Notes: generated by a model not told the origin, from the sequence alone. A DNA stretch of 64,000 bases from Octopus vulgaris (GCA_951406725.2 OX597816.1:86366001-86430000); one strand, 5' to 3'; shown: positions 1 through 14,830, counted from the stretch's first letter. Made by a program: numbers and translations.

Positions 1-235
1 AGTGGATCAAATATATATGTATATATTTGTGAGTCTGTGTTTGTCCCCCAACCATCACTTGACGACCGATGTCGGTATGTTTAGTTACTCGTAAATTAGC
101 GGTTCGGCAAAAAGACCGATAGAATAAGTAATTGATTTACAAAGAATAAGTTCTACGATCGATTTCTTCGACTAAAAAGGCGGTGCTCTAGCATGGCCGC
201 AGTCAAATAACTGAAACAAATAAAACAATAAAAGA
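1..235 (+). mobile_element. SINE family A, 3' half (cut by window edge)
   Basis: Matches the 3' half of the copies at 10006 and 13864 (ttagcggttcggcaaaa..gaccgatagaataagta..gcatggccgcagtcaaat.actgaaacaa) and has an A-rich tail. Confidence 0.85.
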
Positions 236-252
236 AAAAATACGAAAAATGT

Positions 253-800
253 TTAGAACTTTTTTATGCTAACGTATAGAAAGATGATATAAAAAGGTAG
301 TTCTTTCTCCTCCGTCTTATTTTTATTATATTTAGCGGATTCCAAACTTTTTGAGTTAAGGAATGCAATCTCCTGATTATATTTCGCCTTCAATAGAGCA
401 GAGTCATAGAAGAGAGAATATGATTTAAATATTTCAACATTAGCCGACAATTGCATAATTCTCTTCGAAATTCATGTTGTTAATGATTTTATTACATTTG
501 TTGGGTGATTAGCATATTTGTTCACGTACTTGGTAACCTCATCTGTTATTCTATGGAGGTAATATAAACCAGAGTTCAGATTTAGTGTAGTATCTAAGAA
601 TTTAACTACCTTAGTGTCGTGTTCGAAAGTGAGTCCTAGGTTAAAGTTTGTGACAAATTTTCTGATTTTCTTCCGCATTCTTTCTATGACGGTCTTATTA
701 TTACTAGGTAGAAGGAATAATGCGTCAGCTTCATATAGACCACCCTATAGTTCAGGGAATTCCCTATTAAGAATCAGCACTTCGAAAATTTTAGAGAGAG
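253..800 (-). pseudogene. Degenerate Penelope-like RT fragment
   Basis: The minus strand reads ..FPEL*GGLYEADALFLL.. (decayed GLYRDDGL-type catalytic motif), then KFLDTTLNLNSG..YVNKYANHPTNVIKSL (PLE RT thumb, FLD..SNHP pattern). Contains stops. Confidence 0.7.
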
Positions 801-801
801 T

Positions 802-1648
802 ATTTTTGTATTTTTATATATAGTGCATGTCTGAACAACCAAGAGCAAATCTTTTCACTAAGTTGGGTGGTGTTATCTACATACATTTCTAGAATATTAA
901 CTGCCAACACTTCTACACAGAATCTCACATTCCTGGTCTTCTTTCTTCCAAATTCTTTCTTCCATATAAAGCATTCCTCCTTCTTTTACCACCCAGTTGT
1001 TACCATTTAGTGTAGACAAAGCCGGTTATAAGGTTCCAGCAATTAGATAGTCTAGTAGGTTGTCATGATATTAATTAATTTATCACCTTTCTCTGGAATA
1101 CAGCTACAATTCCCCAAACATTTAATTTTGGATGATTGAAGACTACATTCCCCCTATTGGCTTCGAAGTCGAGGTTACTAGGTCACTATTCTCAATTATG
1201 CTTCCCTCCACATAAACAACTACTGACCTCTAAATTCTAATAGGTTCGATACTACATTGACTATTTTTCTAAACCGATTCTGCCAAAGATATAGTAGCAA
1301 AATCAATGTAAATATTTGAGCTCTGTTGGTGATACGTATATGTTAAAGCATTTGGTTTGCCCTTTCGGTTTGAAGTCTATGTAGTTATCTGACGAAAACG
1401 GTTTCTTTGCAATGATGCAATGTTTTCATTAATCAATGAAAGGAGTCGCTTGAAACGGCTGTAAGGAATTGACACATGTACATCTTTGTTACTCATATTT
1501 TATTCAACTACCGTGGAATTTTATAAAAAGAATTTTTGTATGTTTATATAAAGTACATGCCTGAACAACCAAGAGCAGATATCATCACTATGTTGGGCCG
1601 TGTTATCTACACACACTGCAAGAATATCAAATACAAACACTACTGTAC
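802..1648 (+). repeat. Diverged ~115 bp direct repeat pair (802-915 and 1532-1648), probable old PLE pseudo-LTR remnant
   Basis: atttttgta..tatata.agt.catg.ctgaacaaccaagagca.at....cacta.gttggg..gtgttatctaca occurs twice, 730 bp apart. It abuts the PLE RT fragment and encloses a hammerhead motif. Confidence 0.6.
1384..1468 (+). ncRNA. Hammerhead ribozyme-like motif (type I, helix I degenerate)
   Basis: CTGACGA (1389-1395), helix II aaacggtttcttt/aaaggagtcgctt, GAAA (1452-1455), near-palindromic CGGCTG, then TA. Helix I pairs poorly. Confidence 0.55.
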
Positions 1649-4267
1649 ACTGTTTGCTATTCACCTGATATGTTTTGGATGTGCAAATTAGATCGACCTA
1701 ACAAGGTGCCTCAATTTAAGTACCCAGGTCAACCGAATATTTATTATTATTATCATTATATATATATATATATTAGAGAGAGAGAGAGAGAGACGTATAT
1801 GTACATGTATGTGTGTGTGTGTGTATATACACAGGCACATTCGCACGCACTCCGACATATACAGGAAGAGGGGGAATGGTGTAGACAGTAGGAAGAATAT
1901 CGTATAAGAATGTAAGAACCAGTGGTGAATGCCTCAGGATATAATTTTACGACAACTCCAACCATTGGTGTTCACTATTAGGCAGAAATTACAACCGGAT
2001 ATGAATTCATATTTTTTTTTGGGGGTGGGGCAAAAATGTAATTATAAGAATGACTGATAGCATTTGACGCAAGATAAATTATCTCTTCCGTCTTTCCCAT
2101 TAATTTGTATGTCAAATCCCTCCCCGTAATATGGAATAAAAGTAGCACAATTCTGTGAATCTAGCACATCATCAACATTTCATATCTATATTGGTAGGCA
2201 CTGAACTAATTTCTTCAAATATATAGATGGAAATTTCAATCGTTGTGTTTACAACACCATAAAGCTTCTATCAAAGCTAGTGCTCAGGAGAAATATTGTA
2301 CTGTACTAAATGAATATAACATCGACATAACGTTAGCAATTTCCTCTACTTGTATCGATTTCAAAATTTGAATGTTGCCAGTCAAAGCAACAATGTAGGC
2401 TTTAAAATACGCGTAAATAATATTTCTTATATAAATAAGGGATAGTTGTGCGTGGAAATATTTTTCATTGCGTTTGCTCTATTAGGATTCACCTTGAAAT
2501 ATATAAACATCATAGTTTAATCTATCATATCAACTACCATAATCCTAACATTACAATTTGCACACAAAGAAAATCGACACAGAATATCTAATAATGGTAT
2601 AAAATGGAATATTGAATAGTTATTAAAACAGACATGATAGAAATGCTCACGACATTTTACTTTCTGATATCAAATGTTCGAATTTTCTTTTATTTTCAGC
2701 ATTTCACATTTAATCTCGAACTGATTCTTGATATCAAATGGTTTCACAAAGATAAAATTTCATTTAATGCTAAAAGTCACCATTATATTTATTTCGATTC
2801 AATTGGTTCTAGATGCCCAACCATGCTACTTTTTACGCTAAGAGAATTGTTACAAAAGTTTTATAAATCCTTCCAAAATCTCTTCAATTTATACGAAAGC
2901 AATAGGGAACTAGGAATCCTTCAATGGAACATCTGGATATTCTGTTATCTTGCGGCAAATTTACTTGATTTGTTTGCTATTGCCCAAATCTAATGCGAAC
3001 TTGCAGCCAAATAAACTGTAAAAAGTCTCAAAGAAGACGCCAGAGATGAATATTAATAAACAGACCAAAATGGTAATTCAAATTTTACTCTTTCACAACT
3101 GAGTAACAAGTCCACTGTACACAACCATTTGGTATTTAGATATTTAAGACATTAATTTCCATTTCCTAGTTCTCACCTTACAGGTCAGTGACAGCAATCA
3201 GATTTCCAGAAGTATATGTGACACATGATGGAATTGTTTGCAGGAAAATAAGTGAATCACACATTTTTGTTACGAAACTGCAGTTAAACAGATTTTGAAA
3301 CTATATTCTTAGCCGTCTGTCGGGGTTTCATATTTATGGTTCATCAGCAAAATCAGTAGAGCGTAAGACTACTAAATGCATCGTGATATTTATTAACGTG
3401 TCTTTACTTTCTTCTTTCAAACTCCGACATCATTATCTACACTACTATTTATGCCTATGCTGGAAAGTAATATCAACATTACAATATTTGAAAGATATGC
3501 ATCATTAACACTCCGAAATGCATTATATCTTAGATCTATGTTGTTATAGAAGGAAGAAATAAAAGCGAAAATTTGTTGTCGGAATTCTCATCATTGCAAA
3601 TATAGAGTAGAATAAATAATTGAATTAATATAGCAAGTGAAAATACATCGGAGCAATATGGAATTGCAGCTTTCGTCATATTATTTCAGAAAGCTGTGAA
3701 ATGAGTTAAATTCCGTCAAATTGTAATCAGTTGGAAAACTCTTACACTTCTACGCCGAGTACTGCTCAGTCTCAAAATTTAAAACTGACGTTCCGAAACA
3801 CTACAAAGTAAAACTGACATTATACATGATACGTTTTATGCAATGTTCCTTTGCACGCAGGCTGCAAGGAACTTAATAGCATAAATTGTTTTCACTATAT
3901 AGGTTATTCTGTTTATATTACGACACCATACGTTTATTGAATTTGGAGTTTTACCTTCTTTCATATAGGTATGTAATAATAATGAAGATAATAAATTATT
4001 TTGCAATTAGGTGGAGTATTGTTTTTAAAAAAACATTATATTAGGTAAAACATGGTGAAATACGGGTTTGTATCCTTCTGCAGTAATCTTTGTGAACTTT
4101 CAGGGAGGGAGGAGACTTTCCTGTTTCTATTCTTAAGCTGTTAGCACTTTTAATAGAAGTCCAGATACTTTTCAGTATCTATGAATACAAAGAATTCAGT
4201 AAAATTTCATGCGTTGTTGTTGTTGTTGATGTTATCGTTATCATTATCACCATGATCATTATCATTA

Positions 4268-4420
4268 TATTGGATTGGCAACTAAGTTCCCGCCGTTTTT
4301 TTTAATTTAAATTTTTTAAAAGGTTTAATAAAAAATAACAACTAATTAATCAATAATGTATTCACCCTTCTTGTTTACAACTTCTTCCCAACGTTCAACA
4401 ATATTTTCAATAGATTTTGG
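4268..4420 (-). mobile_element. Tc1/mariner remnant: TIR plus transposase C-terminus
   Basis: TA followed by ttggattggcaactaagttcccgccg, a mariner-like TIR. The minus strand of ~4347-4412 reads IENIVERWEEVVNKKGEYIID*, the typical mariner transposase C-terminal motif. Confidence 0.7.
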
Positions 4421-5629
4421 TGTATATGCATCCATTTGGTGGATAATTCATATGATGCATTGTCATCAGCATTCGGATTTTCGCATCAACTTTTCGCATC
4501 AACCAGTTTTCGCATCAACCAGTTTATAACATCCTAGTTACATGTGATTATCAACATAGCTAATGTGTCTATGACCTAAATTTTATTTCAGGCATTCAAC
4601 TCGGTTTTCACAGTATCTCTTACTCTACGATAGCATTTCTGTTGTTTGGTTATTAATCGTCTTTATTTTTTCAAACAATGCGGTTTTATATCGATTTTGA
4701 ATAAGTAAAAGAATACTCGACTTCAGTAGCTCCATGGGGTGTTGGTAGCTAGTCGCCTTATCATCATACATCTGAAATCTATGTTATTAATTTTGTATGT
4801 AGTAAATTCAAAGACAAAGGTATACAGATTAACACTTATTTTTATTGGGAGAAAAACTAAACTCTTCAGAATATCTACTCAAACAATCTTTTACGCAACG
4901 CCAAAACATATTGATATGGAGTATTAATTATCATATCGGATGTAAGTCATATATGTTAGGAGAAAATAGTTTTTTTTTTTTTTTAAATTAACCTCAAGAA
5001 TAACTTTAGAGTTGTTGTAAGAACTCCATACTGATGAAAGTTTTAAAAGAAAATATCCTACCGGTGCTTTAACTTAAAATTTAAAGCATAATCAACTATT
5101 GGTCATTTTTTACTGTATCTACAAATTCTTTAATTTCCACCTCCTGACGAGATACTAATTATGAGAACAGTTAAGTGACGAGTGAAGAAATAAGCATGAA
5201 AATAAAGAACGCCATCACTGCTTCTTTCAGTTCCTAATCTGTGAATGCGATCAACGTTGGCTTTCCTTGTCGATAAAATATGTACCAATTGGAGTGAAAC
5301 CAATAGACTGAATTCTCTTCCAAACAAATTAGTTTTCTTCGTAGTCAAATTTAGTAACAAGGACATGTGAGCAGGAGCAATTTTTATGTCAGAATTATTG
5401 AATACAGAGAGTATTATTTGTTAGAAGAAAGTCGTTACAAGGAAAGCTTTTGTTAGAGTACGCGTTCATTTCATTTAAAAGCCACTGCATATTCTGAAAG
5501 CGATTTTGTTGTCTCATTATTCTTTTCAATGTTTTGAAAATGTTTTTGTTTGGGTTGTTACTGAATTTTATAAATGATGTTGCTATTATGCGGAATGTAT
5601 ATTTCAAATGTCATAAATAGTTTGATGAC

Positions 5630-5632
5630 TGA

Positions 5633-5684
<52 letters not shown>

Positions 5685-5815
5685 GGTAGTAGTAGTAGTA
5701 GCAGCAGCAGCAGCAGCTGCAGCAGATAGACAGACGGACAAAGTGATAGACAGACAGTCAGACAGAGAGGCGGACAGACAGACGGACGGACGGACGGACA
5801 GACAGACAGATAGAC
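5630..5815. repeat. Compound microsatellite (AGT)n(GGT)n(GCA)n(AGAC/GGAC)n
   Basis: Read directly. Confidence 0.95.
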
Positions 5816-8800
5816 ATGAAGTGATTGAGAAGCATTCATCTCTAAGCCCTGCTTTTCACCCAGGACTTAGAGATGAATGAGAAAATATTAGAAAAAAAAT
5901 CGTAACACTTAAGCAATTTTAAGCAACATCTCATTGCACTATATACACTTAGATAGAGGTGTGGATAAAAGTAAACAACATGGTCATAGCTAATATTCTA
6001 ACGGTTAATAGGCCAGCTGTATGCAGTAAGGTTGCTCTAGGCTAAAACGGTATCAGCAATTTATTAGTACGGAATAACCATCATGATAAATTCGACGTTA
6101 ACATAATACAAAACAATGAAAAACTTCTGTAATGAATGTTTTTCTTCTCAAATGATTGATATTGCAAATTTACTCTGAAAGTCTTTTTAACCAGTTTCAT
6201 TTGCTGAATTGTCAAAGGATATATATTTTCACGTGTATAATTTTTATGTATTCTACATTTTCGTAGATGAATGTAATATGAAATTTATATATGAATACAA
6301 ATAGCAACATAAAAAGTTTAATAAATACCTCTTTCATTATGCAGTTGGTAATTCTATAATTATATCTAGTGTCCTAAGTCTTGTTTACAATTACTATGGT
6401 CATAAGTGACTCATAGCAATTATGTATGGATAATAACACTTAGATTGACTTTCTGTTGCGGTTTCTAACTCCACAGAGAACGATCGCCTTGATTATATGC
6501 TGCACTGCCTGTTTACAGCGCTAATATATATCTAATTTATAGTACATATTTACGAGTATCTGGTCTTCATGAGCAGTTATCAAAGTTAGAACGTTATGTA
6601 AGAGTAACTGCTTTAGCTATCATATCGAGGGTTTCCTTAAATTGTAAAATTGTAGTAGTATTCTTCTAATCCATATTCTGTAATAACTAATTAATGGTAT
6701 AATTAAGCATTACACATGAGGTTGTCTACTGAGGTGAATGTGATAGACAAACTACAGTGCTATAAAAATGACTGCACTATTAATATTACCCTAATCAATT
6801 TCATTAACAATTGACTGTCAGTCTGAAAGTAATAAAAGGAAGTTTTCTTTCTATGTCAGAAAATCAAACCGATACATCAACTATTGCTGAACGTGCATCG
6901 GCAAAAGTAATCTCATCGCTGAGCACAATAATCTGCATGTATATAAATTCTCTTCGCTCTATCTGTTTGCTCATTTCTGGAATCATAACGCTATCGTATT
7001 TTATTTTTGTAATATATTATGATCATTAATTTTAACTTACAGCGTTTTTCTATTTACAGTCAGTTATATAGAAACACAACTGGCTTCACTGGCCGCAGGC
7101 AGAGTGTAGTAAACGAGACAAGATATGAACCACTCACATTAAACCAAGCAATTTGATACACTATCTGATCAGCACAGTACGATTCTTCGCTTTTATAATA
7201 ACATGATTATAAATTGTCACAGTGAATGCATTAAACAAATTTATGAATCCATAAAGTAATAATTAAATATGGAATCTAAAGCCTCAGATTAATTTTACAA
7301 ATATATCGTTTGTTTCTCTCATTTCTATGCTTTAACGACGACGTTATCCTATCTAATAAAATTAATACATAAAGGGTGTTTCGCTTTAGTTTAATTGAGT
7401 GAACTTCATCATTTTCTTTCTTTTTCTTTCCAGTGGATGTTTTAATTTAAATACATTTTACTTTTATTCGTTTAAAATTTAAATAAATTTTATAACTAGA
7501 TCTTATTTTTTACTCTTCTTTTCTGATTATACAATAATGTATTTTTACTATATTTGTAAGTGTGTGAGCCAACGTGTATGCCTTTATTTGTGTGCGCGCA
7601 TGAATTTCTAAGTTATTAATGTTTTTCAAAATATACAGTTTTTGTTATAATTTTATAGTTTTCTACTGAATATTTCTTTAATTTATTCCAATAACAATCT
7701 AGAAACCGAACATTTTCAGTCGTAAATCTTCATCTCTAATTATTTCGGGTGGTCATTAAATAACGGTGAGAATTTTACCTCCGTTTTCATTGGCTTAAAG
7801 TAATAACCAATCTCGGAATAATGAATTTGCTGTGAGGAAAAACGGAGTAAAATATTTCAAAAATTATTTTTAAAAAGTTACACCAAATTAGAACGAGATG
7901 AAATATAGGAAAAATAAGAGCAGACCTGTGTTTAAACGAAAATCGATAACAGGGTTATAATATATTGAAATATTCCAGCATAGTATGAATATACTTAATA
8001 TAACGGTTCCTCTTATAGTTGATACATTAATCAATAGAATTGTTCTATATACGATTACTGTCAATCTAAATTACAAACTTAATCTAAAGTTGGCGCCATT
8101 TCATTTGGTCATTACTTAATAATTGTTGCGTTCTCCTTAATATAATGATTTCTTACGCCGGCAAAAGGCCAATACTTGGCTGTTACGTACTTGATCGATC
8201 TTAGTGAGTGGAAGGGCAACGTTTACCCCGGGGAAATTTTGAGAGACAGTAAAAATCCGTAATCAAATGCTGCAAGTCATTTTGTCTGAGTCCGTATTTG
8301 CCAGTGATTAATATAATTGCATACAGATTTGCAAGGATACAAATTATTAGACTGCAAACATTTATGGAACCTGAGTGTTGTATATTACTAGAATTATTAC
8401 GTATGAACATGGAAAAGCAAAAGTTAAATTCGATAATGATATTACCAAATATTAGTATGTGAAAGAAGGAACCTAAATTCTACAAGCTTCTGACGTAAGA
8501 GACATAACATTTCCACACAAAAACTCGTATTTGAGAGCTGATGTATACTTTAGTCAAACGAACTCATTACTTCAGTAGTAGATTTTTTTCGTCGAGCAAA
8601 TAATGAATAGAATTTTCTGTTAGAATTGAAAATTAAAAGACGGATTTATGTATCGCAACTATTGTATAACACACTGTTATCTAATAAGATTTATTTCTAA
8701 CAATGACACACGGTTACAGACTATGAGCGAAGGTACGGCTGATTAAATGGACGTCATTACTTCTCAAAACTGGAAGAATGAAGACAAAATCTCAGCCTTG

Positions 8801-10005
8801 GTAAGATTTAATACTCCATATGTGCATGTTAGGATCAGGTATATTCTCAAGTAACATGCTGACCGCACTCATTCACCTTTCGTCAATTTAGAGGAGGGCG
8901 GACTTCTCTCACCGCCATAACTTCTCTCTTCTAGCCTTATCTTAAAATATTGTGCGTGTTTGTGTGTGTGAATGTCTGAGTTGGTATGTGTGTGTGTGTG
9001 TGTGTATGTGTGAATGTCTGAGTTGTGTGTGCGTTGTGTTGGAAAAGTGTTGATAATCCTTGATTGATGTTTACCATAGTATTTACCTAGACAATCAAGA
9101 CGATCGAATCCACTGATATTGGAAATATCACTCAGTACGATACAGCTATCACATGCCTAATGTAAATTGGGCAACGCTTAGAGACTGTAGAACCGGTGAG
9201 AATTTACTGCCCTCACTCCTGTATTCTGACAGGTTTTACCACATAGTCCTAGCGAATCCTAAATATATATATATATTTCATGCTTCTTATTACAATAAGA
9301 GTCATAAATTATATTATATTTTCAAAAAATCTTAAACTATTTGGTTGTCAATCCAGATTCAGGTCATAAACACTCAATCTGTTCACTTCCGTATGTAAAC
9401 AACGTACTGATATCCGAGCACAACACCTTGTATCAATCAGAAGCTACATGACCGGCAGGTACACTGGTTTATTGGGTTTTACTGATGGCTAAGTTATGCT
9501 TAGGAACCGCAGGGAACAATAAAGCATTCTTTGATCTGGTTAGATGTATTCCCAGACAATGTTGAGCAAGCGCGAAGTACATTATAGAAAGTAGGAAGGC
9601 GTCAGCCATCTCCATCTGATATTTCAAAGACAGTCTATCATTCATTTCAGAATAAGTATGATCATCATGCTGCTGATCTATTTAACGCTTCTAATTTCCC
9701 AGAGGTCTGATCTAACCAGATCGCACATACATTTCTTGGAACCTCTATCCAAAAGAAGCTACTATCTTATATTATACAAACATAACAGTCTAGCTGTCAA
9801 ATGGTTAGCCGGCAAAATTCTTCTTGTTAAGAAATCATTCTCCCACTCCCTCTGGTACGGGAAGCTTATGATGCTCGCCTTCTCGATTTCCGATGAGTTC
9901 AGTTGCTTGACAGTGTAATCATCCAGGTACCTCCAGTAGGAGCGGGAGCTCATCATCGCTTCTAACAAATAATAGATGCTACTTTTTAGAACGCATGTTA
10001 ATTAT

Positions 10006-10466
10006 AGGCGCAGGTGTGGCTGTGTGATAAGTAGATTGCTTACTAACCACATGGTTCCGGGTTCAGTCCCACTGCGTGGCACCTTGGGCAAGTGTCTTTT
10101 ACTATAGCCTCGGGCCGACCAAAGCCTTGTGAGTGGATTTGGTATACGGAAACTGAAAGAAGCCCGTCGCATATATGTGTGTGTGTGTGTGTGTGAGTGA
10201 GTGCGTGTGTTTGTGTGTGTGTGTGTGAGTGAGTGCGTGTGTTTGTGTGTGTGCGTTTGTACCCCCCCCCCCAACATCGCTTGACAACCGATACTGGTGT
10301 GGTTATGTCACCGTAACTTAGCGGTTCGGAAAAAGGCACCAATAGAATAAGTACTAGGCTTACAAAGAATAAGTCCTGATGTCGATTCGCTTGATTAAAG
10401 GCGGTACTCCAGCATTGCCACAGTCAAATGACTGAAACAAGTAAAAGAGTAAAAGAGTAAAGAGTA
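10006..10466 (+). mobile_element. SINE family A, full length (tRNA-derived head, CORE-like domain; resembles described Octopus SINEs)
   Basis: A-box tggctgtgtgata, B-box ggttcagtccc, CORE-like accttgggcaagt, internal (TG)n and a (gtaaaaga)n tail. Many copies in the window. Confidence 0.9.
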
Positions 10467-11439
10467 GAATTAATTACTAATTTACATTTACCCTTAATCA
10501 TAACAAACCAAAAATTATATAAGGAAATTACAAAATCTCATCTGATTTTGGAAATGCTTAGTTTTGCTTTAAAAATTTCAAATTACAATCTCCCTTTGTA
10601 TGAAAACTGCGATGATACTATTGTGATTCAAATATACATCCAGGCACCAGATGATTAAAAGTATTTGACGAAATTCCATATCAATTATAAAATAGATGCA
10701 CTTTAACGTAATCATCAAATAGGTTATCGTTGTTGCATATGTAGAAATGGAGGAACATAGCAAACAAAGTTTGCAAAACTTGTACACATTAATGATTTTC
10801 TTTTCGAATATAATAAGCGTCAGCTTTTAAGAGTCACATTTTGTATGCTAAGGTATATTACTATCATTGTATACTTAATTAAATTTGAATTGAAACTTTT
10901 CATTGATCGACGTTTCGTTATGCCAGCAATTTGTTAAAGATTTAGCAAAATTCGTATTGGATTAAAGATTATCTCCAAATAAATGTGATAAGACGGCAGA
11001 AATTATAACTGATACCTTAGAATATCGCTTTCGAATAGTTATGTAGTGCAAATTTTGTTTCAAAATTTAAAACACGTAATTAACCATATTACATGAACAG
11101 TAGATAGATTAGATTCTACTGCATTGCAACTAACACGCTATACAGTCTATCGTTGCCATAGGAGCTGACAAGTGAAATTGATTTGTAAATCATCTTGTCC
11201 GCTGAGTCATTTATATTGTTTCATGTGACCTGTGACCTGTAGACTCTCAAACCTATGACCCAATAGATTAGTAGTTTCGCGAAAATAAGTCTTGATTATT
11301 CACAATATGAATCATATGAATATATGACTATACATTACGTGAATGACTAATGTTGCGATTAACGACATATTTTGTGAAGTATTAAAGGACATATAGTTCT
11401 TTTCTCATTTCATTTTCCATACACCCTTATAAAATAACT

Positions 11440-11640
11440 TTTATCTTTTACTTCTTTCAGTCATTCGACTGCAGCCATGCAGGGTCACGGCATTAAAGGT
11501 TTTAGTTTCAAAACCCAACCCTAGTACTTTTGCATTGTGTCATGCGTAACTTTTTGCATTGTTGCCTTTTAGTGAACCATTATCTTACGGGGTCTTGAAC
11601 AAAATAGCACAGAGTCCAAGCAGTATTTGAAGGACACTCG
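11440..11640 (-). mobile_element. Degenerate SINE family A 3' fragment
   Basis: ttttacttctttcagtcattcgactgcagccatgc is the reverse complement of the family A 3' end. Confidence 0.6.
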
Positions 11641-11989
11641 TAACTATTACATAGTTGACGAAGTGGATTGTCATAGAAACACATGCATCATACGATGTTT
11701 TTCAAGTGTATTCCGGAAACGAAAGGAATTGTCACTTCCAAAGGCACGTGAATGAATTAAACATGACTTTAAACAATATATTTAATTTGAAGCCGTTTTA
11801 TGCGATAATCTTCATTTAATTCTAGCCCGAATAAGCGCTATGCGCATGGCTGAGGGAGTTCCTACAAAATTTTGTCTCTTAGGGACAGCAATGTTTATCA
11901 GGATGTTCCTAAGCACTTGAAAGACTGCTGGATAACTTGTGGATACCTAAAGTTACAAGAAGTAACCTGCTATCGACATAATCTCGATC

Positions 11990-12685
11990 AGCAATAAGAC
12001 CGAACCTGAAACAAACCAAAATAATAAGCATTAGAAAAAAATCACCTACTCACTGATGGACATTGCAGTCACTTCTGATAAAAATATTCTCCAAAAAGAA
12101 GTGAAGAAAATGTCAAAGCACAAAGACCTCGAAAATATGTAAGATGTGGGGCAGGTACGCGAAAACAATACCAATAATAATTAGAGCATTGGGTAGGAGA
12201 AAAACATATGGACATAAGAACATGATTAAAAGACATATGAACATATGAATATATGGACATATGAACCTGGATCCCCAACACTATACACTATCCAGCATAT
12301 AACCCTGCTAGAACACAGCCCACAAGTAACGGAAGACACTATTCAATAATATGTCCTAAACAAACCAACCCAGAAACACAAGACGCATTCTATCCAGTGA
12401 AATACAAGAAACACAAGACGCATTCTATCCAGTGAAATAAGCTTCCACCAGCAACCCAATAACCAATGCATTAAGAACCCTACACACAATACAAGCAATA
12501 ATACAACAAAAAGCTGCAGCAGACATCAAGAGGAAATGACTGACGCAATACAATACCGGGAAAAATTTATACACTCCCATCAATGGAAAAGAGCATGATG
12601 TGCTGCACACACCCCAGTAACGCCAAAGTGTTGCGGGTGATGCAGTCGAAACGTGCCTGAAACTACAAAATGTTGAACAAATGCA

Positions 12686-12686
<1 letters not shown>
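11990..12686 (+). mobile_element. 3' fragment of an RLE-type (R4/Dong-like) non-LTR retrotransposon ending in a trinucleotide tract
   Basis: Decayed RP..I..D..V..EK..K.KDLE..IP.IIGALG endonuclease region. A 32-bp tandem duplication lies at ~12372-12440. Ends at (ACT)n(AAT)n. Confidence 0.6.
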
Positions 12687-12912
<226 letters not shown>

Positions 12913-13255
12913 ATAAGAATAGTAATACAACCCAAGAAGGCAACTAAAAAAATAACTCTAAAAAACTGGAATATCTACAGGTTTCTGAGTATTTTGAAAT
13001 TCCCTCAAAATAAGTTAAGGAACTTACATATGTACAGCTTTGGACATACAGATGAACACCTCAGTAAATTTAGAAACTTTAATATCTCCAATTTTGCGTG
13101 AACACATTGTCCTCCCTTCTTCACATGCCTTTCATTGTAACAACACAAATGCACGATAAAAAATTAAGGAAGTAAGTCCCTCCCAATATATACATACTGC
13201 ACAAGATCAAAAACTGTAAACCAAAGTAAATATCTTAAAAAGTAAAGAAAACGAA

Positions 13256-13266
13256 ATTATTATTAC

Positions 13267-13333
<67 letters not shown>

Positions 13334-13452
13334 GAGTGAGAGAGCAGCGCATGCTATCTAATGACACTGGGGTTTCAAATATACGAAACCGAATATACCC
13401 ACCACAACTGCTCGTCTGATAAGGCTAACGTTTCTGCTACATTGTCGCCTAT

Positions 13453-13520
<68 letters not shown>

Positions 13521-13577
13521 TGATGAATGATGATGATGATGATGATGATGTTGATGATGATGATGATAATGATGATG

Positions 13578-13631
<54 letters not shown>

Positions 13632-13640
13632 ATAATAATG
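13256..13640. repeat. (ATT)n, (ATG)n and (ATA)n microsatellites enclosing a ~110 bp insert
   Basis: Read directly. The insert gagtgagagagcagcgcatg..ctgataagg may be a LINE 3' end, but I cannot assign it. Confidence 0.85.
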
Positions 13641-13863
13641 ACAGCGATTATAATATCAACAACTGCATCTACAAGAAGTACATGGAAAAAACATAATTTA
13701 AGAGAAAGTCATTTTATCTTCTACGGTTTTCAAGTAGAATCCCACAGAAAATATAATTTTTCAGAGATGCAAAGCTGCAAATTAGAAATAAAATCCATGT
13801 TTAAGTCTTTCTGAAATAAAACCATAATGTCATAAAAAAAATTAATTTAAAAAAAAAACATAT

Positions 13864-14254
13864 AGGCGCAGGAATGGCTGTGTGGTAAGTAGCTTGCTAA
13901 CCAACCACATGGTTGCGGGTTCAGTCCCACTGCGTGGCATCTTGGGCAAGTGTCTTCTGCTATAGCCCCGGGCCGACCAATGCCTTGTGAGTGGATTTGG
14001 TAGACGGAAACTGAAAGAAGCCTGTCGTATATATGTATATATGTATATATGTGTATATGTGTGTTTGTGTGTGTGTGTTTGTCCCCCTTGCATTGCTTGA
14101 CAAACGATGCTGGTGTGTTTAGGTCCCCGTCACTTAGCGTTTCGGCAAAAAGAGACCGATAGAATAAGTACTAAAAGGTGGTGCTCCAGCATGGCCCCAG
14201 TCAAATGACTGAAACAAGTAAAAGAGTAAAAGAGTATACAAGTATAAAAGAGTA
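13864..14254 (+). mobile_element. SINE family A with an internal deletion near the 3' end
   Basis: High similarity to 10006-10466; lacks the segment between gaataagtacta and aaaggtggtgctcc. Confidence 0.9.
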
Positions 14255-14799
14255 TTCTCTCTAAAGATAAAAACTGGATGTTTTGGTTGCTAGAAATAAC
14301 AGAAAGCCCTTGCTGTCTCTAGACTACACACCTGTTAATTAATATAGAATTACAAAAACGACAAAAAAGAATGCGTTTAAGAATGAGAAAGGGCTTTTTT
14401 TAATGCCCGTATACGGTAAAAATGACCGTTTTAGGGCATTCATTGACTCTCTATCAACAATATTTACACATATGTTTGCAACTGATCATAGCATCTATTC
14501 AAGGACTTAGTCTTCAAATACTCATAACTTAAGATGAAATTCCTTTCGGAAATTTACAAACATACAATTTGTAGCTGGTCATTTTATCAATAAAATATCA
14601 TGCATTTCCCTTTATGCAAAATGCAATAAATTCCAATACTGTGTGGACGGAATAGCGGTTCCTACTACGTTGGCGATCGTACACACACACTCACACGCAC
14701 AAACGCAAGCACACATAAGGACGCACACATACACACACATTCACACACACAGATACAAACACATCTATATACGCATATTTGCCTTTCTGTTTATATATG

Positions 14800-14830
<31 letters not shown>

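Noticed and set aside
9400-9990. YLDD-containing minus-strand ORF (9762-9968) as an RT
   Set aside because: The flanking RT motifs are absent; possibly LINE debris, but not assignable.
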